DNA of 64,000 nucleotides from Planctomycetota bacterium (GTDB taxonomy: Bacteria; Planctomycetota; UBA8108; SXIK01): the NCBI GenBank assembly GCA_965223265.1, contig OZ244999.1:8416001-8480000 (forward strand), in the 5' to 3' direction. The first letter of the stretch is position 1; each line of letters opens with the position of its first letter. Of the stretch, positions 8,732 to 17,656 are shown in pieces. The position numbers and the translations under genes were made by a program. Below the pieces are notes generated by a model that saw only the letters and a list, made by a program, of their open reading frames with translations, ran no database searches and was not told the origin of the DNA.

Positions 8732-10444
8732 CTACTGGCACTGACGGTACGCCTCGCAGCCGAGAAAACCGCTGTCACCCGGGGATTCTGGATCGAGGCC
8801 GCAGGCGTTTCCCGGAGCGCCCGGCGGTGGTGGCGGCGGCCAACCTAAGAACAGCGTGCCGAGGACGTAGACGCCGTCGGTGATGTTGAGCTCGCCGTCG
8901 TTGTCGACGTCGGCGGCGTTCAAGCAGGTGACCCCACCTGAGGTTGTGAACAGGAATCGCAGCAGGAACAGCGCATCGGAGGCGTCGAGCGTTCCATCGT
9001 CGTTCGTGTCGCCACGGTGAAACGGAAGGTCGCCGTCACACTGGTCGTCGTCCGCACGGTTGCCGTGAGGCTCACATTCGTCGGGAACATCGTTTTTGTT
9101 GCAGTCGCTGCTTGTCCTCGTGACGACGATGTCGATGTAATCGCGCACGCCGTTACCGTTGCAGTCGCCCGTTGCCGCGGCGCGGACCGCGCTGTCGGTA
9201 TGAAGCGATGGGAACGTGAGCTCCGTCGCAGCGTCAAACGCCGGAATCGCGGTGGCCGTCAAGAGCTGGCGCAGGGCTGCCGGTGTTAGGCTTGGATCGA
9301 CCTGCTTCATGAGACAGATCGTCGCCGCGACATGGGGAGCCGCTTGGGAGCAACCACTCAGGTCGCGACTCGAGCCATCAAGCCACGTACTCGTGATCAC
9401 CTCTCCTGGTGCCAGATAGTCCACGGTGTGGTTGCGGTTGCTGAATCTGGAGATCACCGTGGGTCGTACATCGATCACGGACGCGACCGAAATCGTCGAC
9501 GTGTAACAGCTGGGAGAACCGGTTCTGCTGAGGTGGCTTGAGTTGCCACTGCAGGTCGTGAGCGAGATCCCAAGACGGTTCGCTTGCTCGCATGCAGCAC
9601 GGAGCGGCGGGAAGACATCGTCGCAGAAACCCTCGAAAAGGTCGTCGCTCGCGAGGCTCATGTTGATCACATCGACAGTGATACCGTTGTCGGCGAGATG
9701 CAGGTCAATGACGTGCTCGACGCCGGCAGCCCAGTCGCAAAAGAAACCGCGCCTGAATCGATCGAGAACTTTGATGGAGATGAGATTGACGTCCGGTGCG
9801 ATGCCGCTGGCGAGTTCGCTGCGTGCCACGATGATTCCAGCTACATGGGTGCCGTGGCCGTTGTCGTCGTCGGCGGTCGGCCCGACATCTTCACCTTCGC
9901 TGAGGAATCTCTGCTGGTGCACGACCGAGCCAACGAGGTCTGGGTGGTCGAAGTCAACTCCGGTGTCGAGGATGGCTGCGAAGCGACCGGCTCCAGTGAC
10001 TCCGCGCTCGTGGACGCGATCAGCACCCAAGGTGCGGCCGCTTTGAATGAGGGCTCCGGAACCGCGTACGTTTGGAATGACGCGTCGCACCAAGCTCGAC
10101 TCTTGGAGCGCCGTCAGTACTTCTTGTTTCTTTACTTCGATAACAAGCGCTGTCGAGTATCGATAGCGATAGCGGATCTCATAGCCCTCCTCCGGCAGGG
10201 CTCGAAGCGTTTTTTCTTGAACTTCAGATATCTGCTCTCGCCGCTGCTCCACGTTGACCGAATCGACGGTCGCGTCTTCAACCAGAACGGTCGCGCACAC
10301 CTTCCCGGCTTGCACAAAATCGTTGCGCACGACCGCAGCGATCTTCGCCGTCGACGTTTCGCCGCCTGAACTCGGAGGGCCTAGGGAACTCAGCAGGCAG
10401 GCCACAAGAACAAGGAGGCCGCTCGGCTCGAAGTGTCGTCTCAA
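8732..10444 (-). CDS. Secreted S8 (subtilisin-like) serine peptidase with C-terminal dockerin-like module
   Basis: ILDTG, HGTHVAG, SGN oxyanion and SGCSQAAPHV; DCNxNGVxD repeats; FHRGDTNDDG...AADVDNDGELNITD. Confidence 0.9.
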   Translation of the reverse strand: MRRHFEPSGLLVLVACLLSSLGPPSSGGETSTAKIAAVVRNDFVQAGKVCATVLVEDATVDSVNVEQRREQISEVQEKTLRALPEEGYEIRYRYRYSTALVIEVKKQEVLTALQESSLVRRVIPNVRGSGALIQSGRTLGADRVHERGVTGAGRFAAILDTGVDFDHPDLVGSVVHQQRFLSEGEDVGPTADDDNGHGTHVAGIIVARSELASGIAPDVNLISIKVLDRFRRGFFCDWAAGVEHVIDLHLADNGITVDVINMSLASDDLFEGFCDDVFPPLRAACEQANRLGISLTTCSGNSSHLSRTGSPSCYTSTISVASVIDVRPTVISRFSNRNHTVDYLAPGEVITSTWLDGSSRDLSGCSQAAPHVAATICLMKQVDPSLTPAALRQLLTATAIPAFDAATELTFPSLHTDSAVRAAATGDCNGNGVRDYIDIVVTRTSSDCNKNDVPDECEPHGNRADDDQCDGDLPFHRGDTNDDGTLDASDALFLLRFLFTTSGGVTCLNAADVDNDGELNITDGVYVLGTLFLGWPPPPPPGAPGNACGLDPESPGDSGFLGCEAYRQCQ

Positions 10445-10465
10445 TCGCCATCCTCCCGTGCGTCA

Positions 10466-10488
10466 GACGCGAAATGGCCAAACTCGAG
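10466..10488. repeat. Solo copy of the MITE terminal repeat
   Basis: GACGCGAAATGGCCAAACTCGAG is identical over 23 bp to 3229-3251 and lies in the 50-bp gap between the two S8 genes. Confidence 0.8.
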
Positions 10489-10494
10489 TTCCAG

Positions 10495-12279
10495 TTAAGA
10501 GCTGCAACTTGCGTAGCCCGAGCAACCCAAGCCACCGCCGAACACCGCTTCGGGATCTACACTACACGCCTGCGAAGGTGGGCCCGGCGCCGGTGGGGAT
10601 TCTCCGTCGGCGAAAAGAAAGAGCAGGATGAAGAGCGGGTCGGAGATATCGATGTCGCCATCGTCGTTCCCGTCCGTCGCCTCGAGGCACGCTGGTGCGA
10701 CAGGGTCGACGAAGAGAAGATTTAGTATGAAAAGAGGATCCGAGATATCGAGTTCACCGTCATCGTTCGCGTCGCCGCGGTGAAACAGTGGAAGCTCAGT
10801 GCATTCGTCGGCAACGCCGTCATTGTTGAAGTCGTGCAGCACCCCGTTTTCGAAATCGCATGCGTCTGGGACACCATTGGAGTTGCAGTCTGGCTCGCCC
10901 ATGCTGATCTCGTCACTGTTGAGGACTCCGTCAGCGTCGCAATCGTTTTCAAAGAGTAGTTCCATGGCGGCGCTTGCGTCGACTCTCTTGAACGTAAGTG
11001 CCGTGGGCGCGTCTGGCACATCGACGCCGCTTTCTTTTAGCGTGTCTTCGACGACCGAAGGTGAGACGAGGGGGATCGCTTCGCGCATCAAACATGCTAT
11101 CGCGGAGACGTGTGGCGTGGCAGGAGAGCACCCCGAGAGCGTAGCTTGACCGCCACCGAGGCCGGTGCTCGTGATGCTCTGACCGGGGGCGAGGAGATCG
11201 AGAAGAGCGTTGCGACTCGTGAAGCTGGAAATTACATCCGGAAGAGCACCGCTGACGGATCCCACGGAAGTCGTGGACGAAAAACAGCCCGGAAGCGTCA
11301 TTTCCGTGGTGCTTCCGGTGTTGCCCGAGCAGGCGAATACAGAGATACCTAGCTCTCGCGCCGTGCGGCATGCGTCGGCGAATTCCATCCGGGAAGAGTC
11401 GCAGACGCCGTCGAACGTCGCGAAGGTCACAAGGCTCATGTTGATGGCGTCCACCTCAACTCCGTTATCTGCCAAGTGAGTTTGAATCACATACTCAACC
11501 CCGGCGGCCCAATCGGATTGAGATCCGGTGTTTTGGTCGTTCAAGACCTTCACGGGGAGAATCATGGTGCCCGGAGCAACACCGACGGGAGCGTCGACTC
11601 CTCGCGAGCCGATGATCCCCGAAACGATGGTGCCGTGACCGTGGCCGTCCACGGCTCCGGGGGCATAGTCGCCGCCGAGATCAAGAAAATGAAATGCGAG
11701 ATCTGAGAGAACTGCCCCGGCGAACGAGGGGTGAGTGTCATCGATCCCCGAGTCGAGGACAGCGACTACAGTGCCGGCCCCGGTCCAGCCATCGCTGTGG
11801 AGATCATCGGCGCCGAGAAACGGCACGCTTTCTGTGAGACCGCCCTGCCCTGTTTCGGGGCGTCGTAAGCGTTTGACGTCCTGTCGAGATTCAAGCGCAC
11901 GGAGTGTGTTTTCATCGTGTATCTCGAGAATCATGGACGGTGAGAAACTGTAGCGGTGTCGGATTCGGGATTTTGATCCGCGGAGTGCGTCGACGACACG
12001 ACTCTGCGTCGCAGCGAACTTTTTGGTTCGAGCGGCAAGTGAATCGCCAGGGCGTGCTTCGTTGTGCAGATTCACAATCACGACACTGCGACCACGGGCC
12101 CGAAGTTCATCGACGATTGCTTGTCGATCCGCGACCTTATCGGCGGCGAAAACCGCGCCGCCGTTGACGACGAGACCGAGGCAGAGTGCTGCGAACGCCA
12201 CCGCGCGGTTGTGAGCAGGGGTGCAACTGCGACGAATGAGATTCAAAACGGCGAGAATGGTCGAGGATGGTTTCATCAT
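10495..12279 (-). CDS. Secreted S8 serine peptidase with C-terminal dockerin-like module (tandem paralog)
   Basis: VLDSG, HGTIVSG, ACSGN and SGCSPATPHV; DCNSNGVPDAC repeats; FHRGDANDDGELDISD. Confidence 0.9.
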   Translation of the reverse strand: MMKPSSTILAVLNLIRRSCTPAHNRAVAFAALCLGLVVNGGAVFAADKVADRQAIVDELRARGRSVVIVNLHNEARPGDSLAARTKKFAATQSRVVDALRGSKSRIRHRYSFSPSMILEIHDENTLRALESRQDVKRLRRPETGQGGLTESVPFLGADDLHSDGWTGAGTVVAVLDSGIDDTHPSFAGAVLSDLAFHFLDLGGDYAPGAVDGHGHGTIVSGIIGSRGVDAPVGVAPGTMILPVKVLNDQNTGSQSDWAAGVEYVIQTHLADNGVEVDAINMSLVTFATFDGVCDSSRMEFADACRTARELGISVFACSGNTGSTTEMTLPGCFSSTTSVGSVSGALPDVISSFTSRNALLDLLAPGQSITSTGLGGGQATLSGCSPATPHVSAIACLMREAIPLVSPSVVEDTLKESGVDVPDAPTALTFKRVDASAAMELLFENDCDADGVLNSDEISMGEPDCNSNGVPDACDFENGVLHDFNNDGVADECTELPLFHRGDANDDGELDISDPLFILNLLFVDPVAPACLEATDGNDDGDIDISDPLFILLFLFADGESPPAPGPPSQACSVDPEAVFGGGLGCSGYASCSS

Positions 12280-12553
12280 CAGCTCGATGCGTGTACAGAC
12301 TCAACAAGAATAGAGGGTGTGGGGGCGTTCACCGCTGACGTGAAATCTGCTTCGAATGGTTCGCGCCCGTGGGGCTGGACGATCCCGATTGTACCACTCA
12401 AGCACCCCCTAACAAGGCACCACCGGCGATTGCTTTTCTTGCGGACATCATCAAAACGACGCGAAGACTTGCTGGCTTCACTTTCCTAACCCATACTACT
12501 TCCCGATTGATGAACGCGAACCACGGCGATCGTAGCGACAGGAGCGTAGACGT

Positions 12554-13966
12554 GTGAGTCAGGCTTGGTACTGCTGCGGATGCAACGTCAAGCTCGAGTT
12601 AGAAGAGAGGGTTTGTCCGCTGTGCGGCCAGGCGCCCGAGGTGCTTCCAGCGGACAGCACTCATGACGTCGTGCTCGACGTTCTGGGGCGTGAGTCCAGT
12701 CTCCCCGGCGTTGTACCGGGAGATCTTGACGGCTATGGTCTCGTCGGCGAGACGTTCGCGCACTACCGCATCGAGGAGTTCATCGGCAAGGGCGGTATGG
12801 CGCGCGTCTACCGCGCGCACCACACCACGTTGATGCGGAAATGTGCCATCAAGATTCTGAGTCCGCGCATGGTCGCCCGCGACCCGAGGTTCGTCGAGCT
12901 CTTCTTTTCTGAGGCGCGTAGCGCAGCCGCTCTTGTGCATCCTCACGTCGTTACCGTGCACAACATCGGCGTACACGACAACTTCCACTTCATCGAGATG
13001 GAGTTCGTCGATGGATGTTCGATGGGGCAGCTTGTACAGGAAGGCGGAGCTCAAGACGTGGCACTGGGGACGCATCTGATTCTGCAGACCTGTCGGGGAC
13101 TGGCTGCGGCTCATGATCGAGGGGTGATTCACAGAGACGTTAAGCCTGCGAACATTCTGTTGACACGTGAGCAGAACGCGAAGTTGGCTGACTTCGGGCT
13201 CGCCAAGCGAATCTATTCGGGACGCACCAGCCGAATCGTCGAGAAATCGCTGACCGGAACGCCCCACTTCATGGCCCCAGAATTGTTTCGCGGCAAATCG
13301 GCCCACCCGCGCAGCGACGTGTATGCCCTTGGGGTCACCTACTTCAACGTACTCGCGGGGCGCTTGCCATTTCTCCGTGAAACGATCAGCGAGCTCATTC
13401 ACAATCACGAGGTCGCTGCAGTACCGAGTCCTCGGCAGGACATTGACGTACCAGACGAGGTGACGAAAGTTCTCGAGACGAGTATGGCGAAGCGTGACGA
13501 GGACCGCTATCCAAACGCCCACGTCTTTGCGGAAGCCTTAGAGGTGGTGTTGGCCCAGCTCCGAGATCTCGACCACTTCGTACGTGACGCGTTGGAAGAG
13601 GTGACCACCGAGTGCGTCGGGGAGAGCGGGTGTTACCAAGCGACAGTGAAACTGCAGCACGGGCGTTCGCAGAGAGTGTTCGTGGAAACCTCTCAAGCAG
13701 GGCCTTCCGCGGATCGTCTGATGCGCATCTACAGCGTCTGCGCGCCTCTCTCAGAGGGCTACTATCGTCGAGCTCTCGAATTGAACGCCAACATGCCGTA
13801 TGGGTCGATCGCGATTCAGTCAATCGACGGTCGGCCGCATTTCATCATGGTTGATACACACCCGCAGTGGACATGTGGCGCGGAACAACTTCGCCGAAGT
13901 GTACTCGCGATCGCACGCTGGTCGGACGACGTCGAGAAGGTCCTCACGTCGACGGATCGATTCTGA
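12554..13966 (+). CDS. Hanks-type Ser/Thr kinase with N-terminal Zn-ribbon and C-terminal YbjN/T3SS-chaperone-like domain
   Basis: GKGGMARVY, AIK, HRDVKPAN, DFGLAK, GTPHFMAPE; N-terminal CCGC..CPLC; C-terminal ...RALELNANMPYGSIAI...IARWSDDVEKVLT; no TM segment. Confidence 0.9.
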   Translation: MSQAWYCCGCNVKLELEERVCPLCGQAPEVLPADSTHDVVLDVLGRESSLPGVVPGDLDGYGLVGETFAHYRIEEFIGKGGMARVYRAHHTTLMRKCAIKILSPRMVARDPRFVELFFSEARSAAALVHPHVVTVHNIGVHDNFHFIEMEFVDGCSMGQLVQEGGAQDVALGTHLILQTCRGLAAAHDRGVIHRDVKPANILLTREQNAKLADFGLAKRIYSGRTSRIVEKSLTGTPHFMAPELFRGKSAHPRSDVYALGVTYFNVLAGRLPFLRETISELIHNHEVAAVPSPRQDIDVPDEVTKVLETSMAKRDEDRYPNAHVFAEALEVVLAQLRDLDHFVRDALEEVTTECVGESGCYQATVKLQHGRSQRVFVETSQAGPSADRLMRIYSVCAPLSEGYYRRALELNANMPYGSIAIQSIDGRPHFIMVDTHPQWTCGAEQLRRSVLAIARWSDDVEKVLTSTDRF

Positions 13967-14001
13967 CCTTTGGTTACCTGATCGCCGCGCCAGCTCGTGA
14001 C

Positions 14002-15393
14002 CTAAACCTGTTCCTCGAGCTCGCGTTGCCGCGAGTTGAGCATGGTCTCCACCAGTGGCATTGCGTGGTCAACGATTTCTGGATCGAATTGGCGCGCTTT
14101 CTCTTCGCGAAACACCGCGATCAGCTCCTCGGGCGTCCGCGGAGTACGGTAGGGGCGGTTGGTGAGCATGGCGTCCATGCAGTCAGCAACGGCGATGACG
14201 CGACTGGCAAAGGGGATTTGCTTTCCACGCAGGCCATCGGGATACCCAGAGCCGTCCCATCTTTCGTGATGATGTCGTACCCACTTGGCGATCACAGACA
14301 TGGAGTCCATCTGGCGAATGATGTTCTCGCCGATGATGACGTGACTGCGAACGGTCTCAATCTGACTTTTTGTGAGTGTGCCTCGCTTGAGTAACACCGC
14401 GTCGGGAATGCCGATCTTGCCGATGTCGTGAAGCAGTGCAGCTGTGGAGATGTCAGACTTCTCTGTGGCTGCGATGCCCATGCTCGTCAAGATCTGGCGG
14501 GCGTATTCCTGCACGCGAAGGCAGTGACCCTGTGTGTAGCTGTCCTTTGCTTCGACTGAACTGATCATCGCTTCGATCGCTTGCAAGTGCTCGCGCGAGA
14601 GTTGGTTGCGGGCTTGGAGCAACTTCTCCGCCATCTGATTAAACGTGCGACAGAACTGGGCGATTTCATCGTGTCCGTTCACAGGCACTCGAGCAGACAG
14701 ATCGCCGTCGCCGATTTCCTGCGCCACACTTGAGAGGCGTTTGAGTGCCCGAAAGGGGGCCTGAAGGAGGGCTGTTCCGACGACGACCATCAGGATGAAT
14801 CCGAGCGCGAACACGAGATAGATCGAGCGGTTAGCAGCTTGCATTCGCGATTCGAGTTGCCGCCGAGCGACCAGCATCTCGATCCAACCGACAGGGCTCG
14901 AGCCGAAGTGAATCGACTTGCTCACCGAGAAGAAGGGTCTGCCGTCGATGTCGACTTCTCGAACCATCGCAGGGGGCGAGGCGCCGGTCGGCGGCACTCC
15001 TTGTGGCGCGGGAGCGTATTCCGCGGCGTCAACAGGAAGCGACGAGAAGAGAACCTCGCCACTCTTGTGCCTGACGATAGCGGCGTTCGCGCTGTGCCGC
15101 AGTAGCGTTTGTGTCTGCAGGTGGACCTGCATCCGATCGTTTCCGGCTACGGCTTCAGCGATCGACTCCGAGAAGTAGTTGGCGAGATCGACGGAGTGCT
15201 CCCGCGCCTCTTGGTTCACCGCCTCGCGCATGGTGCCCGATAGAGTCGACCAGGTGATGAAGAGCACGATCAACGACGAGATTGCGGAGATCGCCGTCAT
15301 TCGAAACTTGAGGCTACTCAAGTTCGGCCGTCGCATCCGGTAGTCGAGCACAGAACGCCAATTGAACATCGCGTGTCTTCCGTGAGGTGCCAC
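14002..15393 (-). CDS. Membrane HAMP + HD-GYP cyclic-dinucleotide phosphodiesterase
   Basis: Two TM segments flank a small periplasmic domain; HAMP (GDLSARVPVNGHDEI..FNQMA); YTQGHCLRV, LLHDIGKIG, HHERWDGSGYPDGL. Confidence 0.92.
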   Translation of the reverse strand: MAPHGRHAMFNWRSVLDYRMRRPNLSSLKFRMTAISAISSLIVLFITWSTLSGTMREAVNQEAREHSVDLANYFSESIAEAVAGNDRMQVHLQTQTLLRHSANAAIVRHKSGEVLFSSLPVDAAEYAPAPQGVPPTGASPPAMVREVDIDGRPFFSVSKSIHFGSSPVGWIEMLVARRQLESRMQAANRSIYLVFALGFILMVVVGTALLQAPFRALKRLSSVAQEIGDGDLSARVPVNGHDEIAQFCRTFNQMAEKLLQARNQLSREHLQAIEAMISSVEAKDSYTQGHCLRVQEYARQILTSMGIAATEKSDISTAALLHDIGKIGIPDAVLLKRGTLTKSQIETVRSHVIIGENIIRQMDSMSVIAKWVRHHHERWDGSGYPDGLRGKQIPFASRVIAVADCMDAMLTNRPYRTPRTPEELIAVFREEKARQFDPEIVDHAMPLVETMLNSRQRELEEQV

Positions 15394-15706
15394 CTGTCTG
15401 CGTCCCGTGGACGTTCATTTGGTGGCGGCCTTCAGAGGCTCCGCCGCTCCAATGTCGCTGGCTCGCGCGACCGTTGGGACTCTCTTTCAAGAGTACGGGG
15501 TCGCGTTGAGAGGGGCAAACAGCCGAAGCATTTTCGGCCTACGCAGTGCCGCGGGCGTGCATTTCGGCAACAAGGTTGGAATCGCGGCTGCTCCAAAGCC
15601 GACGTAATGGGCATCAGTGCCCTCTTCGATTCCGCCTTTTAGCCGAAGCGTTACCGGCCCGCCCTAGTTTCACTGCCGAGTGGGCCGAAGGTACCTGGTT
15701 CGTCAA

Positions 15707-16549
15707 ATGCACCGAATTCTGTGTTGGTTGCTCCTCGCCGGATCGATCGGCTCGACCGTCCTGTCGTGTCGACAGACCAGTCGCATGTACAGTACGACTG
15801 CTGAGCGGTTCCATGTGCAGGGGGGCGAAGTCGTCTGGGTCGACAACCTCACCGGCGCAGTTCACGAGCGACTTCGCGACGGCGCTGCGATTGGGGTCGG
15901 CGGCGTCGGGTGTCGCGTTCTTCTTCGTCAAGGAAAGCTTCTCAGGACGTTCGACGTTCCGCCGGGGAGCCAGATTGTGCTCGGAAAGAAGGGCGACTAT
16001 GTTCTCAACGGAGATGAGTTGCGTCCGAGGCCGTCAACTGATGGTTCATTTAGAGGTGACGAAGAAGAAGCCTTGATCAGTGCTGTCGATGAGGTCCTCA
16101 GCCAAATCGATGCCGGCGCTGTGGTTGAGGCACGTGAACGCATGGAATCGCTGACGACACGTTTTCCGGGCAGCTCGGCTGCCCGCATGATGCGGGCGCT
16201 GCTAGCACGACGCATCCCGCAGCCGCAACCCGAACGCGCCGATGCAGCCGGCATCGTCACGGAAGGCAGTGTCGAAGAGTTCCTTCAAAGAGGTCTTGAA
16301 CGGCTTGCAGAGAATGACCGAGCGGCGGCACTGAAAGAATTCGAAGAGGCGTTCCGTCGCGACCCAGCGCATCCTGAGGTTGCCGAGCGGCTTGTGGCGC
16401 TCTTGAAGGACACAGGACTCCAGCTCTACAGTGGCGGCGAAGTGAACGAGGCGATGAAGCTTTGGGAGCGTGTTCTGGAGATTCGACCGGACGACGCCGA
16501 GACGCTTCGGTTTATCTACCGGGCGCAAACGGTTGAGAAGCAACTCTGA
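15707..16549 (+). CDS. TPR-containing putative lipoprotein
   Basis: Probable ATG at 15707, hydrophobic leader and VLSC lipobox; C-terminal TPR-like helices (AALKEFEEAFRRDP, AMKLWERVLEIRPDD). Confidence 0.7.
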   Translation: MHRILCWLLLAGSIGSTVLSCRQTSRMYSTTAERFHVQGGEVVWVDNLTGAVHERLRDGAAIGVGGVGCRVLLRQGKLLRTFDVPPGSQIVLGKKGDYVLNGDELRPRPSTDGSFRGDEEEALISAVDEVLSQIDAGAVVEARERMESLTTRFPGSSAARMMRALLARRIPQPQPERADAAGIVTEGSVEEFLQRGLERLAENDRAAALKEFEEAFRRDPAHPEVAERLVALLKDTGLQLYSGGEVNEAMKLWERVLEIRPDDAETLRFIYRAQTVEKQL

Positions 16550-16627
16550 GTCGCTCACAGACGGGAGGGGCAACGCAGATGGTACGCGAGCGTCAGTGTC
16601 GCAGCGCCAGTGTTTCGGCCGGCGTAG

Positions 16628-17653
16628 TCAACGGTTGCCGACCGGGAGATTCAGCCATTCGAGGATGCGAGAATCCATCCAGCGCAGTCCCACGCTATCG
16701 TGCGACCTTCCCAAGAAGCCCAGGTGGCCGCCGCGGGTCGTCTTGTGCAGCTCAACATGGGCGGGTCGATCGATGTGGTCGAGCGAGTCGATGTCGATCA
16801 GAGGGTCATCAGCCGCAAACAGCAGAGCGGTTGGGACTCGGATGTTGGGAATGAGAGGTGCCGAGCTCGCCCGTTGATAGTAGTCCACCGCATTCAGGAA
16901 GCCGCACTGAGGTGCGGTGTAAAGGTCGTCGAATTCGAAGAGCGAGAGTCGTGACGGGAGCCGAGGAATCCCGAGCTCTGGAAAGCGACGGTGCCGCTCA
17001 TGGACGCTTCGACAAAGCAGTCGTACGAAGTAATGTTCGTAGACGCGAGCGGCCGGACGGGAGATCCGCCAGGCGCACGCGAGTAGGTTAACCGGGGGAC
17101 ACAAAGCGATCACGTGGCGCAGGCGCCCGAGCGCACGGTCGCCGAGCTCGCCCACCATCTTCAGGACGATGTTGCCGCCGAGAGAAAAGCCGATTAAGTC
17201 GATCGAGGAGTCGGGGGTCTCCCGGCGCAGCTGGTCGATGGCCGTCAGAACGTCGCGGCTCCTCCCGCTGTGATACGGCCGGCGTGCCAGTCCTTCCCCC
17301 GAGCCGCAGCCACGCAGATTGAGTCGCACTGCTCGCACGCCGCGGTCGTACAGCTTTCGCGCCAGCCGAACCTGGTAGCTCGAGCCGTGGCAGCCGCAGA
17401 GCCCGTGGACGAGCACTGCGGTGCGATCGCCTTCGCTCCAGCGCGGCGGGGTCGCCACCTCGAGCGCTAGTCGATCGCCATCGCCGAGTGCCACTTGCAT
17501 CGTGCGTGACGGCGGCGGGCGCGCGAACGACGCGCGAGCGCCGAGCAGCGTCTGAACGTGCCGGTTGCGCAGTAGGAACAACGGGCGAAAAGCTGATTGA
17601 GGCTGCGTCACATACACGTCGCGGACCGTCTGCGAACTCTGGATGAGGCTCAC
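16628..17653 (-). CDS. YheT/UPF0017-type alpha/beta hydrolase
   Basis: NRHVQT, HGLCG, LRGCG, GFSLGG nucleophile elbow, DDP and GGHLGF. Confidence 0.9.
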   Translation of the reverse strand: MSLIQSSQTVRDVYVTQPQSAFRPLFLLRNRHVQTLLGARASFARPPPSRTMQVALGDGDRLALEVATPPRWSEGDRTAVLVHGLCGCHGSSYQVRLARKLYDRGVRAVRLNLRGCGSGEGLARRPYHSGRSRDVLTAIDQLRRETPDSSIDLIGFSLGGNIVLKMVGELGDRALGRLRHVIALCPPVNLLACAWRISRPAARVYEHYFVRLLCRSVHERHRRFPELGIPRLPSRLSLFEFDDLYTAPQCGFLNAVDYYQRASSAPLIPNIRVPTALLFAADDPLIDIDSLDHIDRPAHVELHKTTRGGHLGFLGRSHDSVGLRWMDSRILEWLNLPVGNR

Positions 17654-17656
17654 GTT

